A stretch of DNA of 32,000 bases, from the sequence record MF957259.1; one strand, 5' to 3'. Positions 16,836 through 27,530 of this stretch are shown piece by piece; positions within the stretch are counted from its first letter, which is position 1, and every line of letters starts with the position of its first letter. Under the pieces are notes generated by a model. That model was not told where the DNA came from. It searched no databases and saw only the letters and a list, made by a program, of their open reading frames with translations. This DNA is from Salmonella phage Melville. The position numbers were made by a program, and so were the translations under genes.

Positions 16836-19529
16836 TTAGAAGTCAAACATATCTTCTAATGATGCTTTCTCTTCGTAGTCCATACCAGCAGCCTCACACA
16901 TGCCAGTCAAAGGTTTGACAAAAGACTTCTGAAAGAGCGTGGTGTAATCCATCCAAGCCAATACTTCTGAACGAATTTCCTGTGGCAACTCAGTACCTGA
17001 TGGCCAAGCAATACACTTATCACCAAACGGGTTTCCTTCACGCAAAGGAACAATCATTACTTTGTTCCCCTCAAGAATTGGAGTAGCGCTGAACCCAGCA
17101 GTCGCTCGGTTGTAAGTCAAAGCACCTCGAATGTGGAACGGACACTTAAATCCAGGCCATCCGTTATCGTCATACTTGGCGATGTCATTACATGTCTTAA
17201 CTTCTGCAATGATTTTGTAATCAAGACCACGGTATTCTTTTTCAAATTGCTTGTAATATTCTTGTACTGATTTTTCGCCTTCTTGAAGCATACGACGAAT
17301 ACTTTCTTCCAATGCTGCCTGCACCGCCTTTGGAGTGGAAGATTGCTGAGTTTCCATACCCATGATTTTTAGATGCGGCTCAGTGTAACGAGTATCTTCC
17401 ATGTCATATACGTTCAATGCATAACGTTTCTTAGCTTTCCAGAAACCGCCAATACCCTTTGAACCAAGAGGAGGACAAGAAATAGCCTCACGGTCCATAT
17501 GCATTAAGTGTTCTTTATTATTCATGTACTCGCAAAGCTCACGGTAAGCTTTGTCAATCATAGGTTCCATTTTTTTCTTACCAAATTGGTTCATGAATTC
17601 AACCAAATCATTGGTATTTTTAAAACGCTCTAAACCTACTTTTTCAATTACTTTATCAACAGAAACGTAAACTGAGTCAGTGTCGCCTGCCGCTATAAAA
17701 TCTTCATTTGTTGTACCGCATACTCGGTTCAGATACTCGTTAATCTTACGAGCAATCCACTGGATACCAACCTGACCGAACAGAGTGATAGCAGTCGCAT
17801 TACGAAGGTCAAAATATCGGAAATAAATGTTACCGAGAGCACCATAAAGACTGTTGATGAGAATTTTACGGTTCAACTGGTTTGTATTAGCCAAAATACT
17901 CGCAAGTTCACAATCATGCAGCATCGCTTTCAGAGCTGACACACTTAACCTGTGGAGTTCATTCTTCACTTCATCGCTAAAATCTTTATAACGCTCAACC
18001 TGAATTTTACCGCCAGTTCCACCGGATTTTGAAGCGATAACAGCATTAATAACTTCGATGTTACGGTTTTCGGCTTGCTGCTTTTTCTTCCAATCTTTAC
18101 GTTGGAAAAATACCTTCGCAATCTCAACCGGGATAATACCCTCACGGTCTTTATGATACATCCAACCGTTTGGTGAACATGAATATGTATCACTAGGCCG
18201 CGGTGCTGTTCCATTGATGTATTCATGAATTGGATGAAGCTTAAACTGACCGGCGATAGTTTCTGGACTGATATTCACTTGACGAATGATACTTGGATAA
18301 AGAGACGTCAAGTCAAAACTCATGATATAATTACGAGCACATGCTTTTGGTTCAAATACATAAGCACCCGGGAAGCTCTGCTTAACATGCGAACGTCCTT
18401 GTGGAACCACTCGCTTATCTTCTTTGAGACTATTGAAAATAATAGCATCCCAGGTTTTAATCGGGCTCATTACACCGCCAAAAGGCATTTTAGCGTAATA
18501 AGACATACTAATTGCTAGGTCGATGAACCCACGAACTTGGTCGATACCTTGCACCGATTCAACGTCCATGATGTTATAACTGATATAACGTTGATGGTTC
18601 GTTTCGCGCAATTTGTTAATTGGACCATCATAAGGCAGTTTACCTTTTTTGGTCTCATATTTTGCAACATAATCCAAAGTATAAGACGGTTGGTTCGTGA
18701 AACTGTACTTTTTGTACAAATCCATGTAATCAAGAATAGTTACGCCGTCAATGCTAAATACTTCTTTATCACCATACATGTTAGTGATAATTTTAGATTT
18801 CACGCGATTGATTGGTGAAAAACGCTTCATCGAACGTTCACCTAGAACTTGCTTAACGCGGTTCATGATATACGGAATATCAAAACCTTCAATGTTCCAA
18901 CCGGTGAAAATTGCTGGACGCTTTTGTTCCCAAAGACGAATATATTCCATCAATAGTTCGGCTTCAGTTTCAAACGGTAGATAAACAACCCGGTCAAGAA
19001 TATCTTGTGGAACTTCGTCACCGCCCTCTGCTTCACAACGAGCTGCTAACTTTTTATCCCATTTGGATACCGACCCATACAATGAATGGAGTAAATCAAA
19101 GACATAAAATTTGTCATCAATAGAATCGTAATGAGTGATAGCATCAATTTCATATTCTGCTTTCATCGGGTCTGGGAATTTATCGCCAGTAACTTCGATG
19201 TCACAGTTCGCTACACGAATGAATTTTCGGTCATAAACAATTTCGGAACCATATGTGTCACTGATATATGCGAGTTTAAAATCATCCATGCCCATTGCTT
19301 CAAGACCGACGTCTTCCATGCGCTTGAACCAATCACGAGCATCCTTCATTGTAGAAAAATTGATTGGCTCGCAGTCCTTTCCATAGATGTCTTTGAATTT
19401 TGATGGTTTATCAACATGACGGAACAAAGTCGGAGAATATTCGATACGACGAGTTTTTTCTACGCCATCTTCAATATATCGTTCAACAATATCATTACCA
19501 ACAGTTTCTACAGATACATAAAATTTCAT
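16836..19529 (-). CDS. 43: DNA polymerase gp43 (family B)
   Basis: DFNxx-type exo motifs (NCDIEV, TGWNIEGFDIPY), SFDLTSLYPSII, KILINSLYGALGN, AAGDTDSVYV. Confidence 0.98.
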   Translation of the reverse strand: MKFYVSVETVGNDIVERYIEDGVEKTRRIEYSPTLFRHVDKPSKFKDIYGKDCEPINFSTMKDARDWFKRMEDVGLEAMGMDDFKLAYISDTYGSEIVYDRKFIRVANCDIEVTGDKFPDPMKAEYEIDAITHYDSIDDKFYVFDLLHSLYGSVSKWDKKLAARCEAEGGDEVPQDILDRVVYLPFETEAELLMEYIRLWEQKRPAIFTGWNIEGFDIPYIMNRVKQVLGERSMKRFSPINRVKSKIITNMYGDKEVFSIDGVTILDYMDLYKKYSFTNQPSYTLDYVAKYETKKGKLPYDGPINKLRETNHQRYISYNIMDVESVQGIDQVRGFIDLAISMSYYAKMPFGGVMSPIKTWDAIIFNSLKEDKRVVPQGRSHVKQSFPGAYVFEPKACARNYIMSFDLTSLYPSIIRQVNISPETIAGQFKLHPIHEYINGTAPRPSDTYSCSPNGWMYHKDREGIIPVEIAKVFFQRKDWKKKQQAENRNIEVINAVIASKSGGTGGKIQVERYKDFSDEVKNELHRLSVSALKAMLHDCELASILANTNQLNRKILINSLYGALGNIYFRYFDLRNATAITLFGQVGIQWIARKINEYLNRVCGTTNEDFIAAGDTDSVYVSVDKVIEKVGLERFKNTNDLVEFMNQFGKKKMEPMIDKAYRELCEYMNNKEHLMHMDREAISCPPLGSKGIGGFWKAKKRYALNVYDMEDTRYTEPHLKIMGMETQQSSTPKAVQAALEESIRRMLQEGEKSVQEYYKQFEKEYRGLDYKIIAEVKTCNDIAKYDDNGWPGFKCPFHIRGALTYNRATAGFSATPILEGNKVMIVPLREGNPFGDKCIAWPSGTELPQEIRSEVLAWMDYTTLFQKSFVKPLTGMCEAAGMDYEEKASLEDMFDF

Positions 19530-19558
19530 ATAGTTTTTTCCTCATGATTAATTTAAAA

Positions 19559-20263
19559 TTATTTTATACTATTTTTCTTAATGCAATTAAAGTAATCTAT
19601 AATTTTCTGATAACTAGTAATTGGAAAACCATTGGCTATTGCTATTGTTTTAAATTTTCCACATTTTGGATTTTCAAAAGATTCCCATAAATCAAATAAC
19701 TTGCTAAATAACGGTTCTGACCATATAGGATGAGTACGTTTTATTTTACGTTGAATATCTTTTGCTTCAATTGAACTATGCCATTTTTTAAGACTCGCTG
19801 AAATACGTTCTCGTATTTCAGGATTGTTGTGATACGACAATTTCTGCGCTTTTGAGCAATTCTCTATAACTTTGTTATTCGAATAAACCTTTTTCATTGT
19901 GTTAGAATGAGCTTTTAAATTTTCAGGATTTTTGAAATACTCTTTCATTTCCTTTGATTTTTCTTTTACAAATATTTCTCTATTTTTACTGTATTCTTTA
20001 GAATTTAATTCTACTGAATTTAGATGCATTCTTGTTGTCATTCGCCATAAAGCATATTTCAACGCTGAATTTTCAGGATACATTTTAGTTAAAAGCCAAT
20101 GAGCTATATAGTGGTCTTTAGAGCTCAAATTAACTAAATTGCTTTTATCATTTGTTCCTCCCATACATTTTGGAATTATGTGATGAGATTCCGTGTATTC
20201 AAAATTATAAGTGGAAGATTTAGCTGCGTTTATGAGAGATTCGTATTCAAAATTGTAGTTCAT
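19559..20263 (-). mobile_element. Free-standing HNH-type homing endonuclease ORF
   Basis: ESHHIIPKCMGGTNDKSNLVNLSSKDHYIAHWLL plus NUMOD3-like repeats; inserted between regA and 43. Confidence 0.85.
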
Positions 20264-20286
20264 TATATCATCCAAATTTATAGCAG
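20262..20286 (-). promoter_or_regulatory. Possible MotA-type middle promoter overlapping HNH start
   Basis: CTGCTATA-N11-TATAAT. Confidence 0.4.
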
Positions 20287-20306
20287 AAAAGGCCCGTAGG
20301 CCTTTT
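20287..20306 (-). terminator. Stem-loop terminator after regA
   Basis: AAAAGGCC-TACG-GGCCTTTT, perfect 8-bp arms. Confidence 0.8.
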
Positions 20307-20314
20307 CATTTGAG

Positions 20315-20677
20315 TTATGCACCTATAGTATATTTCGCGATAAGTTTCCAATCGTCTTTTTGCTTAAATGTGATGACGCGGAAATTATTTTGCATAGCTT
20401 GAAGAGAACCTCTGTCTACAAGTTCGATTAAACCCCAATCTTCCAGGAGTTGAGCAATCGAGTCACGGCGGATAATATCTTCATCGTCAATAGTGACTGG
20501 TCGTCCGTCCAGTTTAAGCATCTCTTTAAAATGAACTACATAATAAAGACCCTGCTTCTGCAAGATATGACAACTTTGATATAATACACGGTCTCTGTTA
20601 TTAGCAATACCCATGCGAGTAAGAGTTTCTTTTACTTTCAGGAAGTCTTCAGGTTGTTTCAGTTTAATTTCGATCAT
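20315..20677 (-). CDS. regA: Translational repressor RegA
   Basis: MIEIKLKQPEDFLKVKETLTRMGIAN...VLYQSCHILQKQGLYYVVHFKEML matches T4 RegA. Confidence 0.96.
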   Translation of the reverse strand: MIEIKLKQPEDFLKVKETLTRMGIANNRDRVLYQSCHILQKQGLYYVVHFKEMLKLDGRPVTIDDEDIIRRDSIAQLLEDWGLIELVDRGSLQAMQNNFRVITFKQKDDWKLIAKYTIGA

Positions 20678-20679
20678 TT

Positions 20680-21243
20680 TTACCATTCCAATGCTTGTTT
20701 TTTAAATTGTTTTTGTTCTTTAACATTTTTGGTCACGTCTTTCAAAAATTCATCTGTGACCAACCCTTTGGCTTCTTTTAATACTACGCCCAATTTACCT
20801 TTACGTTCTAGGGTTTCTCTATAAACCTGAGCGTCATTTAAATTAATAGTATAATATTTCATTAATACCCTGAGAATAAGTATCTCCTGGGTATCCTCTA
20901 TTAACTTAGCCCACTTTCCGAAACGTCGGCCTTGAGGTACAGCAGCTACCATATAATTGAAATGAGCTTCATCCGATAGTCCAGAACCGATAAGATTCAT
21001 TGTATAAACTGCTGTCATACATTCTGGATGTTGCGATAACGCATTTTCAACCATGAATTTGTTATATTCTTTTTGAGCGATGGAACACTGTTTCTTTTCG
21101 TTTATTGCGCCGATTATTTCAAAAAATTCATTTTCTGCTTTCTGTTTGAAAGTATCAGCCATTTCTTGAACTTTGTTCCAATCTTTAGAATACCAAGCTA
21201 CCTGATGCTCATTAAATTGGACGTCATCATCAAATAAACTCAT
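20680..21243 (-). CDS. 62: Clamp loader small subunit gp62
   Basis: [47 protein letters not shown]. Confidence 0.96.
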   Translation of the reverse strand: MSLFDDDVQFNEHQVAWYSKDWNKVQEMADTFKQKAENEFFEIIGAINEKKQCSIAQKEYNKFMVENALSQHPECMTAVYTMNLIGSGLSDEAHFNYMVAAVPQGRRFGKWAKLIEDTQEILILRVLMKYYTINLNDAQVYRETLERKGKLGVVLKEAKGLVTDEFLKDVTKNVKEQKQFKKQALEW

Positions 21244-22199
21244 TTCCAATCCATCTCTAAAGTAAGCTGAATAAGCATATAAACGATATGTAGTTCTGTA
21301 TTTGCCGCAATACCATGATATTGGTTGTTTTCACCAATAATTTCATACATCCTAATGATACTTGGGCCTTTTACGAGATTGTAAAGTTCATTTGAAAGCT
21401 TATCAACAAACCAAGAATAATCTACCGCATATTTTGGAGCGAGAGCACGAAGCTGCTTAACATCTTTAGCTTTTAATGCATCTAAAACATCATTAACTGA
21501 ACCATTGTCATTAGTTACAATACTCAGAATTCCAGCATCCAAGACACCTTTGGACGAATACATATCAAGTTCGCCAATAGTCTTACGAAAATCTGGAAAG
21601 TTCTTTTTAACTAAAGCAGCAACAACTTTTAAATCGGCGATTTCAATATTTTCATTTTTGCATATTTCAACCATACGACGAATCATCTGTTTCATCATTG
21701 TTGTACGGTCTTCTTCTGTTGCTTGGCCAAATTTAATTACTCGGCAACGCGAACGAAGTGGTTCAATAATGCCGTCAATATTGTTGGCAGTAATAATAAC
21801 AGAACAGTTACTTGAATATGCTTCTAAAAATGAACGCAAATGACGCTGAGATTCAGCAAGTCCAGAACGGTCAAATTCGTCAATAACAATAACTTTTTGA
21901 CGACCTTCAATAGAAGCAGAACTTGCAAAATTAGTTAATGGCCCACGGACAAAATCAATTTTACAATCTGAACCATTCACAAACATCATATCAGCATTTG
22001 TGTCATTACACAAAGCTTTTGCTGTAGTTGTTTTACCTGTACCTGGTGAAGCAGATACCAGAATCATATGAGGGATTTTACCGCTTTTAACAATTTTATT
22101 CATTGTTTCGCGGTCGGCGGCGGGAAGGATACATTCTTCAATTGTAGAAGGACGATACCGTTGTTCAAGGATGTGTTCTTTTTCGTTAATTGTAATCAT
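21240..22199 (-). CDS. 44: Clamp loader large subunit gp44 (AAA+)
   Basis: [35 protein letters not shown]. Confidence 0.97.
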   Translation of the reverse strand: MITINEKEHILEQRYRPSTIEECILPAADRETMNKIVKSGKIPHMILVSASPGTGKTTTAKALCNDTNADMMFVNGSDCKIDFVRGPLTNFASSASIEGRQKVIVIDEFDRSGLAESQRHLRSFLEAYSSNCSVIITANNIDGIIEPLRSRCRVIKFGQATEEDRTTMMKQMIRRMVEICKNENIEIADLKVVAALVKKNFPDFRKTIGELDMYSSKGVLDAGILSIVTNDNGSVNDVLDALKAKDVKQLRALAPKYAVDYSWFVDKLSNELYNLVKGPSIIRMYEIIGENNQYHGIAANTELHIVYMLIQLTLEMDWK

Positions 22200-22225
22200 A
22201 ATTTCCTCATATTAATATTCAAAGC

Positions 22226-22245
22226 AATGGGGCCGTAACCCCATT
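22226..22245 (-). terminator. Stem-loop between 45 and 44 (weak terminator or attenuator)
   Basis: AATGGGG/CCCCATT arms; no U-run. Confidence 0.45.
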
Positions 22246-22267
22246 TTAAATCATTTTATTTACAGCA

Positions 22268-22954
22268 TTAAAAATCATGAGTAGAATCAGCTTCCATAGC
22301 TACTACATAACTTGCATGTTCACCTTCAAACTTAGCTGCTGTTTTCTTACCATCAGCCCACAGCATCAATTTGTATGAAGCGGGCTGCATTTTCATATTA
22401 GCCATGTTAATAACAAAGTTAAAGTTATTAGTGCCGTCGTAGTCACCCAAAGTCAAAGAATATTTTACACGAACCAAAGCAGAATCTTCAACTTTATTAT
22501 AACCATTCAGAATAATTTTACCATCTTTGTTAGTGAATGTGATGGTATCAATCTGCAAACCGCGAGAAACTCGCATCAGCTGCTGAAGGTCTTCACCTTT
22601 AAAATCTACAATAACTGAAGCGACCGGGAACGGAATTGGTTTGCTTGGAAAAACAATGGTGCTTGGGTCAGCTGCTGGCCAGAAAATAGTTGAACGAGCA
22701 TCTGCGATTTTCACATTACCATCATCTGCCATGGAAATCTCTGCGTCTTCATTGACTAAACCAAGAATACCCAGAAAACCATTCAAATCATAAATTGCTA
22801 CTTCAAAATCAATTGTGTCTGCGATAGTTGCTTCAGCATAAGTTGTGCCGTTTACAGCACGTGTCATGATAAAGTTACCCTGCTTAAGCATGATACCAGA
22901 GTTAATAGTAGAGAAATTTTTCAGAATATTCAGAGTATCTTTAGACAGTTTCAT
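22268..22954 (-). CDS. 45: Sliding clamp gp45
   Basis: MKLSKDTLNILKNFSTINSGIMLKQGNFIMTRAVNGTTYAEA matches T4 gp45. Confidence 0.96.
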   Translation of the reverse strand: MKLSKDTLNILKNFSTINSGIMLKQGNFIMTRAVNGTTYAEATIADTIDFEVAIYDLNGFLGILGLVNEDAEISMADDGNVKIADARSTIFWPAADPSTIVFPSKPIPFPVASVIVDFKGEDLQQLMRVSRGLQIDTITFTNKDGKIILNGYNKVEDSALVRVKYSLTLGDYDGTNNFNFVINMANMKMQPASYKLMLWADGKKTAAKFEGEHASYVVAMEADSTHDF

Positions 22955-22989
22955 TATTTTTCCTTTCAATTACACGTTTAATAAGATTT

Positions 22990-23015
22990 ATTATATTACT
23001 TAAAAGTTTTTGCAA
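22990..23015 (-). promoter_or_regulatory. Possible middle promoter upstream of 45
   Basis: TTGCAAAA-N12-TATAAT; only half of the MotA box matches. Confidence 0.3.
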
Positions 23016-23388
23016 GTTCTTCGATAACTTCTTCAGATACCAGCAAAGCAGCAGAAATTAATTGTTCATCAGCGTTAACACAGAAATCATCTTCAAGACG
23101 CTCGCCACCAATACGGTCCAGAACAAATTTAGCACCGGCAGAAACAGATTCATTGTAATGCTTCCGCATCAGTTCAATCCATTTATCATTTACGGAGCGG
23201 TCAATTGACTGATAATATGCACGCCGCGCTTCAGCAATAGGGATACGTTTGCGGATAAGTTCAGCACCTTGTTCACCCATAGCAAGTACCCATACTCGAC
23301 GAATTTTGTTTTGGTTATTAGGGTTAGAGTCAGTACGTACATTTTTAGGCTGGATATCTTTAGTATCAATTGCAAAATTCAAGTTCAT
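22996..23388 (-). CDS. rpbA: RNA polymerase-binding protein RpbA
   Basis: IDTKDIQPKNV, KIRRVWVLAMGEQGAELIRKRIPI; location between 45 and 46. Confidence 0.85.
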   Translation of the reverse strand: MNLNFAIDTKDIQPKNVRTDSNPNNQNKIRRVWVLAMGEQGAELIRKRIPIAEARRAYYQSIDRSVNDKWIELMRKHYNESVSAGAKFVLDRIGGERLEDDFCVNADEQLISAALLVSEEVIEELAKTFK

Positions 23389-23404
23389 AATATTTCCTAT
23401 TCAA

Positions 23405-23596
23405 TTAATCAAAATATTCTATTACTGTCCAAGCGGTGTTGCGGTTAGACATTATTTTAACATATTCGTCTTTAAAAGCATCTCTGAGCTGTATTTCAGT
23501 AACTAAGTGGTCTTCACCTGAAAAATTATTAGTCAGTATATATCTTTTAATTTCCGGTACGGCCAACAGCTGTTGGCCATTTTTAAAGTCTGTCAT
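23405..23596 (-). CDS. Hypothetical protein, 63 aa (45.2 position)
   Basis: ORF overlapping 46 stop. Confidence 0.7.
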   Translation of the reverse strand: MTDFKNGQQLLAVPEIKRYILTNNFSGEDHLVTEIQLRDAFKDEYVKIMSNRNTAWTVIEYFD

Positions 23597-25278
23597 TTTT
23601 CCATTACCGTGAATCTGCCAACTTTCTTCATCTGAAGATGTTGTCCATAATCCTGTGGGTCATGGTCTTTATGGCTTATGATAAAGATATTACTATCAGT
23701 CATTCCATTGAGAATTGTTCCTACTCGCTTAATACCTTCGTTATCAAACGCGCCATCATAAACTTCATCGAGAAAGAGACAGTTAATTTTAACATTAGAA
23801 ACTTTTTCAGCAATGTCTCGCCATGTGAATAGCAGTGCAATATCAATACGAGCTTTTTCACCTTGGCTAAATGATGCATAGCTGAATTCTTCGCGGCCAC
23901 GAGATTTAATAGTTTCGGTGAATTCCTCGTTCAAAGTAAAGACATAATCAGCTTCCATAATTTTAAGATACTGATTAATCTGTTTGTTGAACATCGGAAT
24001 ATATTTGCTAATAATAGCTCCCTTGATACCTGAATCTTTCAGCATTTCAGTTAAAATGCCTCGATGATATTTTTCCATAACCATATTGGATTTGGTATCA
24101 ACTATTTTATTCAATTCTTCGTTAAGCGTTTTAATCTCATCTGCATGGTTGATGAATTCTTTTGACGCTTTTTCAATCGCGGCTTTTACCTTTTTAGCCT
24201 TTTCTACGGTTGAAATCAAAGTTTGCTTTTTAGATTTTATATCTTGAGCAAGTTCGCGTTGGGTTCTAACATTGCTCTCATATTCATGTACTAGTGTCTC
24301 CAGATTGGCTCTATGACTTTCTAACGAATCTGATGTATGTTTACATTCATTAATCTTATCGTTAATCTGAGTGACCAGAGATGACCCAGAGTCCAACTGC
24401 TGCATACATGTTGGGCATGAACCGCCAGAATGATATAAAGCAACTACCTTAGTATATGAGTCAATTTTAGACTTAATCAACAGAGATTGATTACCGATTT
24501 CGTTGAATGCTGACCGAGGGTCTTCATCGAGTACGATAGATGTTAATCGTTCAATTGCTTTTTCAATTTCGGATTTGATAGAACGCGCTTCAGTTGCGAG
24601 TTCATCATACATATTCTGAAAACGAGCTATATTTTCTCCTGACAGCTTTTTCTGGCGTTCAACGTTTTCTTCATAAATTTTAATCTGTTGGATAATTCCA
24701 TCTTTCTTTGCGTCTAACACCGAAACTTGCGAATTAATTTCTCTCACATGAGATTTATTCAATTTATCTATTTCAGCTAATGTAGAAACTTCAAGCAAGT
24801 CTTCTACTAACTTCCGTCGTGCCGGAGTACTTAACCCCATGAACGGTGTATAACCAGCTGTACCGAGCACAACTACCTGCTTAAAGCTGGAATAAGACAT
24901 TTTGATAAGTTCTTCAAAATAGCTTTGAAAATCTTTAACAGAAGCTGCCTCATCCAAGCGAACTCCGTCTCGAGTTATTTCAAAGATATTCGGCTTTTGC
25001 CCGCGCTTTATATAAAAATGCTTACCGTCATACTCCATCCAAAGCTCTACTAACATATCTTTTTTATTAATAGAGTTTACTAGTTGTCCTTTCTTAATAT
25101 CACGGAACGGTTTGCCAAATAAAGCAAATGTAATAGCTTCCAGCATGGTACTCTTACCACCACCATTTTTGCCGGTGATGAGAGTTTTTTGTACCTTATC
25201 AAGTTGAATATCAATTGGAACTTGTCCAACAGACATTATATTAGAATATTTTACTCTATTAAGTTTAAAAGTTTTCAT
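23593..25278 (-). CDS. 46: Recombination endonuclease subunit gp46 (Rad50-like)
   Basis: ITGKNGGGKSTMLEAITF, zinc-hook CPTC, SYASFSQGEKARIDIALLFTWRDI. Confidence 0.97.
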   Translation of the reverse strand: MKTFKLNRVKYSNIMSVGQVPIDIQLDKVQKTLITGKNGGGKSTMLEAITFALFGKPFRDIKKGQLVNSINKKDMLVELWMEYDGKHFYIKRGQKPNIFEITRDGVRLDEAASVKDFQSYFEELIKMSYSSFKQVVVLGTAGYTPFMGLSTPARRKLVEDLLEVSTLAEIDKLNKSHVREINSQVSVLDAKKDGIIQQIKIYEENVERQKKLSGENIARFQNMYDELATEARSIKSEIEKAIERLTSIVLDEDPRSAFNEIGNQSLLIKSKIDSYTKVVALYHSGGSCPTCMQQLDSGSSLVTQINDKINECKHTSDSLESHRANLETLVHEYESNVRTQRELAQDIKSKKQTLISTVEKAKKVKAAIEKASKEFINHADEIKTLNEELNKIVDTKSNMVMEKYHRGILTEMLKDSGIKGAIISKYIPMFNKQINQYLKIMEADYVFTLNEEFTETIKSRGREEFSYASFSQGEKARIDIALLFTWRDIAEKVSNVKINCLFLDEVYDGAFDNEGIKRVGTILNGMTDSNIFIISHKDHDPQDYGQHLQMKKVGRFTVMEK

Positions 25279-26107
25279 TTAATATCCGTCTGTCAAATTC
25301 GGCTACTATAGCTTGTAAAGAACTTGTTATGGGATGCCCGAGTTTAATAAGTTCTTTTGAAAATGTAGAATATCTAGGTTTATTCATTTTAATCCACTCT
25401 GTATAAAGCAAATCAAAATTTTGCCATTGATACGATTTTCTTCTGGATTTTAAATGAGCCTCTCTAATTTCGTCATTCTTCCAACTTTGAGAAACTCCCA
25501 ATGATAAAGATTTACGATAATCTAAATTTTTAGATGAGAGTCTAGTTGCATTTAAATGCTTAATTTTATTTTCTGGATTTTCAAACCACTCTTTAGTTTT
25601 CTTAGATACTAAAGACTTAAATTCATTTGAATTTACTCGTTCCAGGTGAATTTTTAAATTATCGGAATTTTCAAACCATCGTTTGACTGCTTGGCTAATT
25701 TTTATTCTGTTTTCTGCTATTGAATAATAACTGGACATTTTGATTGAAATAGCCTTTGAAATTTCAGTAGAAACTTTTGAATATATTTTAGCCATTTCTT
25801 CAAATTCTTCAAAACTACATTTATAAGCAGTTTTGCTATTATTCATTCTATTAATAGCTTGCAACATTCTATAATCTTTAGTTTCAGACAATATAGCATG
25901 TGCAATAAAATGGTTATAATGTGTTAAATGCACAATATTTGACGGGTCTTTAGCATATTCTGGAAAAATGGACTTTGGTAAAATATGATGAGCTTGAGTA
26001 TGTCCTTTGTTTAACTTGGTTGAATTAGTTTTAATAAATTCTACATACTTATTAACGCCTTCCCATTGAGGGAAGGCTGCTTTTAATATAGTCTCAGCGT
26101 CAATCAT
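25265..26107 (-). mobile_element. Free-standing HNH-type homing endonuclease ORF, 280 aa
   Basis: QAHHILPKSIF...NIVHLTHYNHFIAHAIL; repeated WFENxxNxxxH segments; nested between 47 and 46. Confidence 0.85.
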
Positions 26108-27126
26108 TGATTTTGGACCTCGATATAAAGTTGATTAGCATATTTTATAACTGCTTCCCTGTCATCATCGGATAAATCAGGTAAAGAGTTAATATATTCT
26201 TCCATAAGTTCAAGTAAGCTTTTAACTTCTACTTCAGCTTCTTCATCAACTTCAAGAGAATTATCAATCTTTGAAACGGTACGAAGCTCATGAACAACTT
26301 TTTCGAGTTCGCTTTCAAATTTTGGAAGGTCTTTATCAACTTCTGTAATAATGACACGAACTGAAATATTTTTGTAACGATTAATATCAAATTTACCCTT
26401 AAATGGATAAATTATTTTTTGATGCCAACATGTTTCGTTTTCGATAAAATCAAAACTGTCATCTTGAGTGTCCTGTATCCAGAAACCTCGCGGGTCATTT
26501 TCGTCTCCCGCGGTAAGTGTCCATGGCGTGCCAATATATTTGACATTAGCTGCACTAGAGATAGTATGGAAGTGTCCAGAACGAACATGTTTATATTTTT
26601 TAAGGAAATCAGGTTCCAACCCGTGGGATTTTAGTCCTTTGTAGTAATAAAAACCACTTAATTCCCAATGACCAATGCAAATATCAGCGTCAGACGTTTT
26701 GATGTGATTCATTATATCGGACGCGTTCTCTTCGCACATCCACGGAATCATATCAATCAAACAACCATCAAAATCTACAGTCTCAGGAGTATCATGAATT
26801 ATGATATGGTCATATTTACCGAGAATCTCAGTAATCGCGTTAGGATGAAGTGTGTTTTTATAATGCATGTCATGATTACCAATTACGGTATGCATCGTAA
26901 TACCAGCTTCATCCAATAGCGTTGCTATCTCACGGGCAAATTCCATAGTCTTATGGGTGATAGCTTTACGAACGTCAAAGATGTCGCCGTACTGAACCCA
27001 CGTAGTTATTCCATGTTTTTTTGAATATTCAATTTTCTGACGCAGACCATCTCGCTGGATATTCTGGAGCCACGGGTCATCGCCCTTAACTCCTAAATGC
27101 CAGTCACCTGTGTGAAGAATTTTCAT
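26104..27126 (-). CDS. 47: Recombination endonuclease subunit gp47 (Mre11-like)
   Basis: MKILHTGDWHLG, GDIFDVRKA, GNHDMHYKN, GHFHT phosphoesterase motifs. Confidence 0.97.
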   Translation of the reverse strand: MKILHTGDWHLGVKGDDPWLQNIQRDGLRQKIEYSKKHGITTWVQYGDIFDVRKAITHKTMEFAREIATLLDEAGITMHTVIGNHDMHYKNTLHPNAITEILGKYDHIIIHDTPETVDFDGCLIDMIPWMCEENASDIMNHIKTSDADICIGHWELSGFYYYKGLKSHGLEPDFLKKYKHVRSGHFHTISSAANVKYIGTPWTLTAGDENDPRGFWIQDTQDDSFDFIENETCWHQKIIYPFKGKFDINRYKNISVRVIITEVDKDLPKFESELEKVVHELRTVSKIDNSLEVDEEAEVEVKSLLELMEEYINSLPDLSDDDREAVIKYANQLYIEVQNQ

Positions 27127-27155
27127 ATTTTAACCTGTACAAAAAATGATAATTA

Positions 27156-27180
27156 ATTATATCAAATATATAAAAAGCAA
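27156..27180 (-). promoter_or_regulatory. MotA-type middle promoter upstream of 47
   Basis: TTGCTTTT-N11-TATAAT, extended TGATATAAT. Confidence 0.65.
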
Positions 27181-27181
27181 A

Positions 27182-27511
27182 TTAGTACGCGCACAATATT
27201 TTTGAAACGTTTGACTGGTTAATTTTGTGAATAAACACACATTTTTCTTCTGGTGATAATTCGTGATTTCTGATGAGTGTCGCGCAAGGATATTTTGGTG
27301 GATAATCTTTCTTTAAAACTAAAAGTAACTCATCCAAATATCCGCAGCTATCATAAGCATGCCGAAGTTTAACGATATCAACATGCTTAATGCGTTCAAA
27401 ATCTTTAGAGCTTTGCACTGTACTTCGCCAATGCACTTCATTATCTTTAGTCGTTGGAGAAATATAAACTGCAACTCTTAGTTCGGTGTCATTTAATTTA
27501 ATTTTTTCCAT
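27182..27511 (-). CDS. Hypothetical protein, 109 aa
   Basis: ORF from MEKIKLN. Confidence 0.65.
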   Translation of the reverse strand: MEKIKLNDTELRVAVYISPTTKDNEVHWRSTVQSSKDFERIKHVDIVKLRHAYDSCGYLDELLLVLKKDYPPKYPCATLIRNHELSPEEKCVFIHKINQSNVSKILCAY

Positions 27512-27530
27512 TATTACCTCAAAGAACAAA

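Noticed and set aside
17966-18733. Minus-strand ORFs 17966-18226 and 18515-18733
   Set aside because: Out-of-frame ORFs wholly inside gene 43; no independent support.
20195-20259. Direct repeat gtattcaaaatt in the 5' end of the HNH ORF (encodes YNFEY twice)
   Set aside because: Only 12 nt exact, low complexity and inside the coding region; insufficient to claim a functional element.
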